NCBI RefSeq assembly: GCF_964355755.1
Contig: NC_092674.1
Coordinates: forward strand, 12,214,001-12,278,000
DNA from: Antedon mediterranea
Taxonomy: Eukaryota; Animalia; Echinodermata
Length of the DNA stretch: 64,000 nucleotides
Direction: 5' to 3'
Every line of letters begins with the position of its first letter. The stretch's first letter is position 1. Made by a program: the position numbers and the translations under genes. Below, one piece after another: positions 22,949 to 34,550 of this stretch. The notes beneath the pieces were generated by a model, which saw only the letters and a list, made by a program, of their open reading frames with translations, was not told the DNA's origin and did not search any database.

Positions 22949-22959
22949 CCTCGTCGCCA
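22946..22959 (-). other. Primer-binding site complementary to the tRNA-Ser(GCU) 3' end
   Basis: TGGCGACGAGGATG is the reverse complement of CAUCCUCGUCGCCA. Confidence 0.8.
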
Positions 22960-22966
22960 AAATTTA

Positions 22967-23095
22967 TGTTGTATATAATAAATTATAATGCAAAGTAAGG
23001 GCTCTAAACACAGCGTGTACAACTAAACATTTATTCAGAAAAGAGAGAACAATTATGGCACGCCAAAGGCGTCGTTACAACATGCATATATAACA
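22967..23095 (-). repeat. 5' LTR (129 bp)
   Basis: Identical to 18673-18801; followed on the minus strand by the PBS. Confidence 0.95.
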
Positions 23096-23754
23096 ACCCC
23101 CCCCCCCCCACCAACAATCTCCCATTCACTAAACTAACAAAAAGTTAAAATAGTGTTTGACCTCTTTTGAACCCAGGGTGAAAGCTTAGTTTTGTTTACT
23201 TTTTTTTATTACACTGGCAGAAATACTATTTCAATATTTTGTCTGTGGATGTTATTTCATTTGGAAATAATATTATTAGCAGCTGTTCCTAAATGCTATT
23301 GAATTCTATTGCAACTAGTAAGCATTTCATTGTTGCCTATTATTAACCAAATAATTAGGCAATTAATTTATCATACTTTTCAGAAACGTTTTTGAAGAGA
23401 CCTTTTTTAAAAAAAAAAGTCATGAATTAAATTAAAAAGAGGGTCTCGTATTGATATTCTGATTGTCTGACTAAAGTTTCTTAATTTTTTTTATTGTATG
23501 TCTTTAGGCACATTTCCAAGGATTATCAATAGTAAATTAATCATTGTCCTATCAGATAGGTGGTAATGATACGGGGGCTTTTTTGTGAACCAGTTCAACG
23601 TGGTAAGCCCCTACTAATTTTGAATGATGAACTGTGTTCTTTAAATGACACACACTTTTAAACTATGTACACTGAACCTAGGTTTATAGTCCTTATCCGA
23701 GAAGACTTTTTTCACCAGAACTAGTGAGCAAGTCGACCTCATGTCGATATTGTT

Positions 23755-26700
23755 GGCTCGGGCTCAGTATATTAGCAACATTAGGAAATGAAAATTCTCA
23801 AAAACAAATGTTGACGAAACATTTTATAATTGTTACTAAACTAAAGTGCAACATCTATATTTACTTCTCTGTTATTTTCCTCACATAATATTTATCAATG
23901 TAAAATTGTCAACAAAATGAATGATCGCAACTGGAATCGTGGTTGTAACCTACGTTACATGTTTTATTTTCGACTTTCAGTGTAAACGATTATAAAGGCA
24001 ACAACATTATATTTCTATGAATATAAAACTATAAAATAGTGTATGTAATCAAACAAAAACATGTATAATAACTTACATATTGTTACATTCACTAGTACAT
24101 ATTGTATTTTATAGTTTATACTTTATTAACATCCATAATAAAATGAGTCGTCAATCAAAGGTTGTTGTTGATTTCTTGTATGTCCGCATACATTCCTGTC
24201 TTAAATTCACATAAAATAACACACATTATTGTACTCTATTAAATAGTCATATGACAAAACTGGTGTTATCTTTCTTAGAAAATGTATACTGTGTTACAAT
24301 TGAGTAACGTAAATTACGTATTCAGTAACGTAAATTACTGAATTGAAAGATGAATTCGTCATCAAAATAGTTAAATAAAAACAACATTTGTAACTTTTAA
24401 CAATAAACCTCATTGGTATTTTAGATCATTGCCATCACTTTAGTAGGCAAACAAATTATGTGTTTCATTAAATCATCCTTTTTTTTATTTTCTATTAATT
24501 CAATGCATATTTTATTAATTATAATTATAAAAACTCCCATATGAAAATGTAAATTAGTGAGTTTTATAATGCTAGTGTACATACTATTGTTTTGGTTAAT
24601 ATGATTATTATTATTTATTATAATTCTGTGAACTTTACAGTTGCTTGGCCTACATGCTTATATCAGTCTCAACTTTCTTAGTAACGTAAGTTACATTTCC
24701 TTTAATGTTTCAACATTTTGATTTATCCGTTCCCTCTCCTGGTCTGAAATGTAGAACAATCTACCCGTACAACCCTTTGTTTCAATTTCAACACGGCAGA
24801 TAACTTTATCAATAGGAATCCATATTTCATCCTTACTATTTGGCCACTGAAATATGTTCTTGTTAATTCTGCTGCCAGATTTTAAAAAAGACACCAACGC
24901 ATCTTCATCATCTATATTAACAACTTTGCCGATGTACCATTCTTCATCATATAATGCCGATACCCAATCATCAACATGGAATTGAATTTTGCTGCTTTGC
25001 TTGGTATTTTGCTTTTGACGTTTCGTTAAGCTATGGACTATCCATCCGGGGCACATGTTATCAGCAGAAGAGGTTTCTTGACACGCTCTACAGTAGCAAG
25101 ATACATCGCGTACCATCACTTCTCCACTGATGCCTCTCACTGCATGGAGATTTGTAGTCCCGGGAACAGGTCTTATGTTTGGCCATTTCATTTGTATTTC
25201 CGATTCTGCAGCCACACATTCCTCATTAGTAACAAAAAAGTACTCTATGCGTGAGTTTTCTCTTTCTTGACAAGCCCAAGCAAAGAAGTCGTGGGCATCT
25301 TGGATCACTGCCGCACCACGTTTTACGGCTTCGTCCGCCAAGCGTTTTACTGTTCCGCCAATGCCGTCGCATGGCCCTTTTCCATGCCCAGCTTCGAAGT
25401 AGTCCCAGCTGGCATTAATATTATGGAAAAGTATGTTGTGATTAGATATGATGGAGAATATTGTTTTATTCCGGTATTGTGATGTTGGACTATCGGTCCA
25501 ATAATGGATAGTCTTTAATTCTGGCAAGATCCCTCTCAATTTTGGCACCAGCTTCTTTAAAATTGCAAACACAGTAGAAGCGTTGTGTGCGCGGGTGTCT
25601 GAAACCGCTACCATGCTATGATGCTTAATTTCGCCATCATGAAAGTAAGCAACTATAGGGTGTAAAGTAACACCGGTCTGATTCCAGTAGGCGCTTTGCA
25701 CTTCTTCCATCGGCACACATGTGTAATTCTGAGCGAAATCCATATGTATGACGCATTCTCCTTCTTGCAGGTTTTCTTTACACTCTCTTATAGCAGTGTA
25801 TTGTGCTGTAACCCGTTGTGCATGTTTTCGGAAATCAATAGTTGTAGTTACAAATAAGTCTGCAAATGTGCTTTTGTCGACTCTTTGTTGAACAAGTTTA
25901 GTTTTCTTCTTACCGAAATTGTCCGGGACACGTTTCCATTCTTCATACTGGATCTCTTGATCTGGTATACGTTTGGCAAGATCAGATATCTGTGTGTCGG
26001 TGATTGATTTGATTGCTTCATCGGGGCTTGTGATTGTGATCACACCTAGAGATTTTAATACCTTTAACTGAAGGGCAAAGTTCTGATGTTTTTGGCAAAG
26101 ACTTGTGTTTCTTGCTGTGAATTTGACAAGTTTAATATTAGCATTTCTTTGTCGGATTTTCTTAAACGAGGAAAAAGAAACCTTCCGTTGCTCGGGATTT
26201 TCACTTTTGTACTTGGCAAACAAGTTCATCATGTAATCATTGAGGTATCTTATCTGGCGTTTTTCTTTGGTAGAAGATGTTTTGCAGGCATCTCGTTTTC
26301 CTGGCATCATCCTGGAGTTGTCATCTCTTTCCATGAAGCCTAATACTTCATTATGAAGAACTCCCCACGCCTTTTTTACATACTTCGCAGCTGTGATTCC
26401 TTGCTTTTTCGTCTTGGATAGGTTACGTTGACCAAGGCCCGACTCCCTTGAAACACGCGCGATTAACCTGTATTTCTTGATTATCTTTCCAGATAGAACA
26501 TTGCTAATCATTCTTCTGGCCTTCTGCCCTTGATTTATCTCTGTGCTCTCTCTTATTTCATCAAGCAGTGCATGTGAAAGCAGGAGTTGTTTTTTCAACC
26601 CTTTGGGTACTGATCTTGGTGACATACCTAGAAAATTGGAAATTACATCAATACTAAATTAAGTACGGTTTAGAATATTTAAATATTATCTCAATTGATA

Positions 26701-27474
26701 TTATATTGGTAACGTAAGTTACCATAACGTAAATTTCAAATGAACTTCAAAGGCTCAAATAATTAAATCTTAAAACAACAACAAAATAATCAGTTTAAAA
26801 TTAAACTTGACGTAACTAATCTTATAAATTATTATAACATGTGTGTACACAAACCGGATCCTAAGAAGAAATGGGGTAACGTAGGTTACATCGCTTTGCA
26901 ATCGTTTTTCATTAACACTTTCCAGGCAATTTTATAACGTATTTACATTATATTTCATCCGCGCAAGCAATATAATCGTTATCAAGAGTACAAATCACAT
27001 ATAATACGAGAAAAAACACTTTTATAGGTAATTATTAATTGATATTTAATGCATTTTTTAAAGTCTGTAACGTAAGTTACGTCATTTGTGCGACATATTT
27101 AATTGAAGAATTTTTTTAAATAAAACTCATTTTTTGTCAAAATTTCACTTACATGCGTTAAACGTATAGGTAAGGCTCCAAAATATACAGTATTTACAAT
27201 GATAAATGGGATTATATTTAATTTTTACACTAGTGAATATTATGAAATTGGCCGGCGACAGGCAGTTTTGTGTCATATCATGAAGTTTAAAGTGACATTA
27301 TTTTTTAAGGGCAAGGATTTTCAAAATAAAACTTGGCCAATACAAAGAATAACGTTTCCTGTACCGTCATAACGCTTTAAAACACACTTTTAGTGCATAG
27401 TTTTATATATATAACACAGTAATTATAGGCGACATTGGTTTTTCATATTCGTGTTGGTATAGTGAGCCTGAGCC
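23755..27474 (-). mobile_element. Sola2-like DNA transposon, 3.7 kb
   Basis: Imperfect TIR GGCTCGGGCTCAGTATA...TATAGTGAGCCTGAGCC; 4-bp TSD TGTT; internal transposase ORF; repeated GTAACGTAAGTTAC motifs. Confidence 0.8.
24691..26625 (-). CDS. DDD-type transposase (Sola2-like) with C-terminal beta-barrel domain
   Basis: HMDFAQNY, QSAYW, TLHP, WTDSPTSQYRNK and YFEAGHGKGPCDGIGGTVKR motifs; open 644 aa; possible acceptor ttttctag immediately upstream of the ATG. Confidence 0.85.
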   Translation of the reverse strand: MSPRSVPKGLKKQLLLSHALLDEIRESTEINQGQKARRMISNVLSGKIIKKYRLIARVSRESGLGQRNLSKTKKQGITAAKYVKKAWGVLHNEVLGFMERDDNSRMMPGKRDACKTSSTKEKRQIRYLNDYMMNLFAKYKSENPEQRKVSFSSFKKIRQRNANIKLVKFTARNTSLCQKHQNFALQLKVLKSLGVITITSPDEAIKSITDTQISDLAKRIPDQEIQYEEWKRVPDNFGKKKTKLVQQRVDKSTFADLFVTTTIDFRKHAQRVTAQYTAIRECKENLQEGECVIHMDFAQNYTCVPMEEVQSAYWNQTGVTLHPIVAYFHDGEIKHHSMVAVSDTRAHNASTVFAILKKLVPKLRGILPELKTIHYWTDSPTSQYRNKTIFSIISNHNILFHNINASWDYFEAGHGKGPCDGIGGTVKRLADEAVKRGAAVIQDAHDFFAWACQERENSRIEYFFVTNEECVAAESEIQMKWPNIRPVPGTTNLHAVRGISGEVMVRDVSCYCRACQETSSADNMCPGWIVHSLTKRQKQNTKQSSKIQFHVDDWVSALYDEEWYIGKVVNIDDEDALVSFLKSGSRINKNIFQWPNSKDEIWIPIDKVICRVEIETKGCTGRLFYISDQERERINQNVETLKEM

Positions 27475-29222
27475 TGTTGGCTCTTTAGGTATAGATAAAC
27501 AGCGCCTCTGCCATCTGAAAGAACGGTCAAATAAAAACGTTTACAAGATGAACAATGTTTGAAGATTTAAAATAAAATGACATGCACTGCCATCAAAACC
27601 ACTGAAAGATTTTGTGTATGTCTTTAGGCACATTTCCAAGGATTATCAATAGTAAATGAATCATTGTCAGATAAGTGGTAATCCCCCTGATACAGGAGCT
27701 TTTCTTGTGAACCAGTTCACCGCTGTAAGCCCCCAACATACACTGCCATCGAAACCACTGAAAGACTCCACTGAGTCAATCTATGACTAAAGAGCATTCT
27801 TATAATTATTATTGTTTAATATGTTATGTATTTATTCAGTGACTCACCATAGGAAGAACTCACAAGATTAAAAATAGGCACACAGGTGTGATAGTTTAAG
27901 TGGGTAATTTAATTTCTTGATAAAAACAACATATTCATAAAACAAACTTCTGTTTATCTGTGGTTAACCACCATGTTTCACTGGGGACAAACTTTTCCAT
28001 TTGTAAACAACTGATAAAATCTATTAACTTTCAACCAATAAATTTGCATTGTATTTTTGTAAAGAACACAACACCTTCAAACTCGTAAATCTGAAGCTTG
28101 TGTTGTTCTTATTTTCTGTGAAGCAATTGTTAATCTCTTTGTAGAATTATTCATTTTTTAAAAAGATATAATATGGCTTTAGTATTATGACAATAACAAA
28201 GCAAAGTTAATTCACAATCCAGCTTAACCACAATTGAGGCTTTTATTTACCTATGATCCACAATAGATTTAGAATTAGTTTTGATGTGAAGAATAACATC
28301 AAACACCTTGACCCATTGATTATCTTTATTAGAATTTATTTCTTTTTGGTTTACTGCTGCTGCTGCAAAAAAAAAAACATAACAATTTAGGTTTACTAAC
28401 TTTGTGAATAAATTAATTTCTTGGCAGCAGTAACATGACACATTTTGCAAAGTCAATTGTTGTGTTGGAATTGTCAGCAAAGGTGTTGGAATGTCATTTA
28501 ACCAGTTGTTGCTGCATTAGCTCCAAAGTAACTATTATACTATTGACTTTGATTCAACTACTGTAGTGTCTTGAACTGAACGGAGTGAATTTTGAGTAAT
28601 ATATAAATAAATAAATTATAATTTGAATATTTTTTGCAGATAAAATGCATTGTTACAAAATTTTTTGCAAAGAGTCATAGTTATGTGAACCTAAAATAAA
28701 AATAACACCACTAGTACTATAAAATTCTGTAGTCTGTGAATTTAAATTTTCTAAACAGAGATATTTGGGATATATCCCATCACATTGATTACAATTATTA
28801 ATATTTCATGCTCACTAAGCCCTAGCCAGCAACACCCTAGTTTTCTTATAAATAATCATACCATTGAATTTGAATGAGCAAATTTTGAAACCTACAAAAT
28901 TATACTAAAAAAAAATCTGTTCCTGTCAGTATGTGTTGTCTAAATTCCATTATAAAACTGGTTACTATTGTGTTGAGATAAACTGGTAATCCCTCATACA
29001 AGCTGCTTTTGTATCAGCTTATTGATGCTCTTATATAGGTGACGATATATTGTTAGTTCAATAATAATCCACACTTAATTCTAAATTTAATGGCAAAAGC
29101 CTAAACTATATTCGGTGTATAACAATTGAGATCCACTGAAGCGATTATCAGTAACTTAAAATTACCATTCCTGTTTTACATAAATATTTGAAATGAAATC
29201 AGGGACCAACATTGCAGTCTAA

Positions 29223-30090
29223 GGGCCTGTTTCTATAGAGCAGAGAATACGGTTTTAAATATCGTTCTTTTCAAGAACCGTTTTTTCTTGCCAGCAGAAA
29301 TGGGTCCCCACAAAAAACCACAAAAAAGAACCGATCTTAAAAACGGTTTCAAAAACCCCAATTGATTGTGGTCTCGATCGCAAAGAACCGTTCTGAAACC
29401 GGTTTCCGTGGAGCAATTTTTAGCTGCAACACAATCGCGGTCTCAATTTGACCCTAAAAACTGAACTCTGCAGTCTGCTGCACTGGGACGATTGCGGTCA
29501 ACTCGCAGTCGATCAAACCCGCGCGATAGGACCTAGGCCTAAGTCATTTTTATTTCTCTAGATAGTGAGTATTTTATTTAACTAAAAAATGTTGACCGAT
29601 GCCATTACGAGGTTCGTAAAAAATATGTGAAGGGAAGAAGATGAGGGGACTTGTCGGGAGTCGGAAGAAAGACTCATGTAGGCCTAGGCCTACATGTTTT
29701 TAAGAATATTGTAAAGCGTGTGAAAGCTAGACGAGTTCAACTTGACAATATCAGAGGGTGCGACGTACCTATACTTTAACCAAGGACCACAATAACGTTT
29801 CAGGTAATAATTCCCCCTTCTATGATGAAATGGATGCTATTTCTTGGGGATCGCGGTATGCGAAAAAAGGTAAACATGACCTCGATCGATCCAATCGCGC
29901 TTCCGCTGCGCCTAACGAACTGCATTGTGGCGTATATAATGACGTCATTCATAACAAACGCACGTACATGGACGGAACCGGTTTTATTGGAGTAAAAATT
30001 GAGCTGCAACGCGATCTTTATTTATAAACAACAGCCGAAACCCGTTTCCAAAAAACCGTTCTTTTTTTATTTTTCAATAGAAACAGGCCC
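29223..30090 (+). mobile_element. Non-autonomous PIF/Harbinger element, copy 1
   Basis: TIR GGGCCTGTTTCTAT...ATAGAAACAGGCCC; TAA TSD; Myb/SANT-like relic RRTYTLTKDHNNVSGNNSPFYDEMDAI at 29758-29850. Confidence 0.9.
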
Positions 30091-31817
30091 TAAATGCTGA
30101 CTATTTACTGTCAGGCTTTCAACAATGCAAATAATCTCTCCATTCAATGAGTACAAACATTAATTGTTTGTTTTATAAGACATCATGGTTCTAAAGTAAA
30201 CTATAATTCAATTAATTCACTCATTTCAGGATAAGCCATTAAAAAAGGAGGAAAAATGATAGACACATAGCCAGGATTCTTAAAGGGAAAACATTTTTCC
30301 ACAAAATGAAATAACATCACAAGCTGGGTTTACTGTAACTTTTGCTGCATTGATTTCTACTTTTAATAATGGCACTTCAATCAATAGGGCCACCCACCAA
30401 TCACTAGATCACTCACATGGCACAACCTTTTTTTTAAAAGATGTTACAATAAGCATGTTGTGACCATTAAAAATTGAACCATTGAATACAATATTAATGG
30501 ATAGAATAAAAGCATCACATAATTTAACTAAATAAAAAGATACCACTGTTGAGCCGCAACTTGAAAAATTAACAGAAAAGACTAATAATTGGATTTGAAA
30601 TATACAATATCTTCAAAATAAACTTTGATTAAGAAGTAGTCAAGGTTTGAGTTAGATTTTTGTTATAATGTTTATATTCATAGTTTTAAAAAAAAATAGA
30701 TTTTTTTAGTCAATCTTCTCAGATGGCCAATTTAATTTAATTCATTTTCTTTTTTATTCTAAATATTTTGTCCTTTATTTCATCTTTATAAATTATATTT
30801 ATTTTAATTTTTGTTGTTACATCTTTATGTCTCATAATGTTGTATTTTTGTGAGGGTGCCTAATGATCAGCTTCAACTGGATGGACTACCCTCGTAAAAT
30901 ATTGTTAAATGTTGAAATAAATAAATAAAAGTTAATGATTAAAAGACATTACCAAATAAGAAACATTAAAACTACAGTAACTAACTGTCAATGTAAAACT
31001 ACAAACCAACACAAAAATTGCACTCAAGACAATATTTCATTCAATTTGAAAACAAAGGGACAGGTTTATGGGCCTAAACTACTTTTCCACAATTAAAAAC
31101 ACATTAAATAAAAACTAAATCAATTTTTAATTTACTTACAATAAAGTTCAGATAAGTACCAGGTGATAGTTAGCTGTAACCATTACTTCTGGATTATCCT
31201 TCTTTTTGATGTTTTCCTGCTGCAACCAATCTCACCACATGTGTATAATTTACTGTAGTAAAAGTGATTGATTTTCCAGAATTTGAAATTAGAAGTTAAT
31301 TAGATTTTGATATGTATTACAAGTGGACATAGTGGAAGTAGAAAGGTGTACATTTAAATAGAAATTAGCCCACCAACACAATGTAAAATGAAAATGATCT
31401 CAGCAATAATTTGAGTATACCCCATGTAGGAACAATGAACATTTTGATTTAAGTAAATAAAAGTTTATAAAACATTTAATGCTCTGAATATCACTAACAT
31501 GTGCCCAAGTTTTAAAGGAATAAAGAATGTTTGTTTTAAATCGATTTTAAATAAATTTAATAAAATATTCTTACTTATAAATAACTTTGTCTTGATTTGT
31601 AAACCTTGCTTCTCACAATGCAACACTAGTAATTTGACCAATCACAAGAGAACTTGATCAAATTAATTTGGGTTGTGTTCAGTAGGAACAACTCTTGAAT
31701 TAAAAAGTTTTGTAAGTAAATAATTTGACAGTAAATTGAACAGTTTGGTGTTGAAAAGTTGTTAAAAAATCAGTTAGATTTAGTAGTTGAGATGAAACTT
31801 ATGGTTTAGTTAAGAGC

Positions 31818-32125
31818 GATAACGATCAAAGATATAGATAAGCATTTTCTTACATAAAACAAAAGGAAATTAGAAAAGTTTTGTTTATATTTATGCTGTC
31901 TTTGATACAACTAATATTTTTAGAAAATTCAATCAAATGACATCATGATTAATAATCATGACATCATTTGATTGGACGTGTAAAAAAAAAATTCATTAAA
32001 GGCAGCATAGATGGTTAACCTATGGTTCTAGGATGAAACTTCTTAAATTTTTTTTGTTTTATGTAGGAAAAATGCATATTTATCTATTAATCGTTGATTG
32101 TTATCATCCAAGTGTAAATGGGCCT
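31818..32125. mobile_element. Degenerate foldback MITE (related copy at ~46563-46870)
   Basis: Palindromic body centred on caatcaaatgacatcatgatt..aatcatgacatcatttgattgg; aagtttcatcctagaac is shared with 46632. Confidence 0.55.
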
Positions 32126-32529
32126 TTATTCTTTTTAGGTACTTGTACCATATGGCTTTTGCTTAAAAAATGTAGGTCTAAATATTACAAGTACTGTACT
32201 CAATTGAAGTAGGCCTACTTATTAAGTATTATTGGAAAATTGCCAAGGAGTTCATATTTTGCTTTATTTAGTACAGAACCATAGAAATTCATAATATTGC
32301 TTGTCATACAGTATGCTATATAGATTTTTATACATACACATTTTATGCAACATTGTTTATTTCTTTATTATTTTTGTGTATATGTTATTTACATGCAATT
32401 TGGCCATGAGTTGTAAATCTGCTTTGTATTTTCGTACATTTTTTGGAATAAAGAGAATAATAACATTTTTCATATGAATTACAATTTATTTTTCTTTATA
32501 TTTTTCTTACAGCTTTTACTTGTATTATA

Positions 32530-32599
32530 ATGAAGAATGGAATATTATTAATTTACTTTAGTCTGGTGTTATGGTCAATTAACTTAGTAAATTCACAAA
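32530..32599 (+). CDS. Integrin beta first coding exon, signal peptide (MKNGILLIYFSLVLWSINLVNSQ)
   Basis: ATG followed by a hydrophobic stretch; gtaagt donor in phase 1 matching the next exon; acceptor at 32512 implies an upstream non-coding exon. Confidence 0.75.
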
Positions 32600-32960
32600 G
32601 TAAGTATGCACAACACTGACAATGTATTTGTAGTTTTACTGAAGCTTATAATAATGTTAAGATATATTTCCCCCCTGAATTTTTTTTTATTAATATGCAA
32701 CTTAAATGTTACATAAGAGTTATTCACTTTTACAAAAAAATTGGATTGGCAAATAAAAAAAATGATTTCCTGTAAAAAGCAAAAAATAGTCACATTTTCT
32801 GACAATGGCGCTTTGGTTAATTTAAGTCTTTATTTTGACTTTTTGTAAGTGAAAGTGAATTATTTTTGTTTCATATGGAAACTTCATTAAAACTGCAAAA
32901 TGGCCTATTCAACGTCTGATTTTATAAATCTTTATTTTGTATGATTTTGGAGGATATATA

Positions 32961-33362
32961 CCGCATTTAAATGCCCCATGTGTATTGTTTAAGACTTTTT
33001 TGGTGGGGGGGGGGGAGGGGTGTTGTGGGGAGGGGTAACATGTATAATCAAATAAATATCTTCAAGACATGAAAAAATACAACACAGTTAATATCGAGAG
33101 GTGATAAAATACAGTAAAAATTTATGAAAATGATCGGTGCAACAGATCATGTCAATCAATGGATTCCACTGCAATAGAAATGTGTTGATAATACAATATT
33201 GTCTATAGTGTATAATGCATGTGCCGGGCGTTTATTTGAGAAAGTAAATAAAGGCCCTGGGGCTTAATTAGAGGGGCCTTTATTCAATTATGTTCTATTG
33301 GGGAAAGGGGTTGGGAAGTTTGTGTGTTTATTCAAGGGAGGCATTTATTCGAATAAATACGG
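32961..33362. mobile_element. Degenerate Tigger/pogo-like MITE
   Basis: TA-CCGCATTTA...TAAATACGG-TA ends with internal ggcgtttatt-type subrepeats. Confidence 0.45.
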
Positions 33363-34045
33363 TAATATTGGAGGCATTTTCAAATTCCTTATGTAGCTAT
33401 ATAGAGTATAAATACTCATTCAAACGTTTGAAATGAACAGGATGCCAGTAAGACTATTATATTGATGTTACATCTTAAGTAAGATTTGCATTAAGCTTTT
33501 TAGCCATGAGAAAAAAAATGTTGTGTCATTTATGACAATGTATTAAACCTCCAGACTATGAAAATGAATTCCGCACAATATATAAAGATAATGTTAAGGC
33601 GTTCACATCAAAAATTGTCAAACTAAATAATCTCTGTAATTATGTCGCCATAAAGTTTGGATGGGAACTCGGCTATTAAAATGTTCTCACTCCCACTTGT
33701 CAAGCCAGAATAGTTAAAATCTAAGTTGTTATTGCTGAGCCCAATTTATTCAATGAAGATGCTAATTTTTATATCTAAATACCCACCTGAGACAAGCATG
33801 ATGAATGCTTTTACCTGCAACTGCATCAGTATAGTAGGCCTACACCTATCAGAGGCTGTCTAACAATGGGTTTTTACTGACTATTTGAACCATATTGATT
33901 GATCAATGGTACCATTTTCAGTTGCATAATTTAACAAGCAGACTGAGAAAATTATGTTCTTCCTATTGATATTGGCATAGAATAGTTCTATCTGTATTCA
34001 ATTGCATTGGTTTGTTCATCATATCATTCTTTGTTCATATTATAG

Positions 34046-34122
34046 ACCCTTGTCAAGAAGTAACGTCTTCCTGTAAAGAATGTATTTTAAAAAGTTCCAC
34101 TTGTGCCTGGTGCTCTGGACTG
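34046..34122 (+). CDS. Integrin beta PSI exon (NPCQEVTSSCKECILKSSTCAWCSGL)
   Basis: tattatag acceptor, gtaagt donor; CxECI...CAWC motif. Confidence 0.9.
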
Positions 34123-34550
34123 GTAAGTTAAGCTACATTTTTAAATCTTCACTGATGTCATTCAAATTCCAGTACATGCTACATACATGCTATCTTTCCA
34201 AAGTTGTAAGAATTCTCAATCTGTCTTGACAATCATACTTCATTTTTTTTAAATTCCCCCAGATTTCCCATCAAATAATTGTAAGTTAAAAAAAACATAG
34301 ATATAGAGGCAATTAGGGCAGAGGATGTTCTTAATTGTAGAAACTTTATTAGCACAATTTGCAATGTAATGGAATGTCTAATACATGGAGCATATACTGT
34401 AAACATCACTGTCAGTGTCAGACAATCACAAACAAGATGTTCTTGTACTGTTTGGTTCCTGGTGGTTCTTTCATCTAATATAATTTCATCCCCGATGGGT
34501 TTGAATTCCAATATCAATTCATAAGTTTCAAGATTTCAATGCCAGTCATG

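Larger units (their letters stand above)
18673..23095 (-). mobile_element. Full-length Ty3/Gypsy (Mag-like) LTR retrotransposon
   Basis: Identical 129-bp TG..CA LTRs; 5-bp TSD ACCCC; PBS TGGCGACGAGGATG; PPT GGTAGGGAGGATG; single gag-pol ORF. Confidence 0.97.
23625..27515 (-). repeat. SINE-like repeat split by the Sola2-like insertion (23625-23754 and 27475-27515)
   Basis: Removing the transposon rejoins ...atgtcgatattgttggctctttaggtatagataaacagcgcc...; the flanking sequence resembles a minus-strand tRNA-SINE body. Confidence 0.45.
23497..27733. repeat. ~115-bp dispersed direct repeat (23497-23611 and 27616-27733)
   Basis: tgtatgtctttaggcacatttccaaggattatcaatagtaaat...gtgaaccagttca...gtaagcccc occurs in both places. 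Confidence 0.85.

Noticed and set aside
24691-26625. 644-aa ORF as a domesticated host gene
   Set aside because: It is still flanked by TIRs and a TSD and interrupts another repeat, so it behaves as a transposon.
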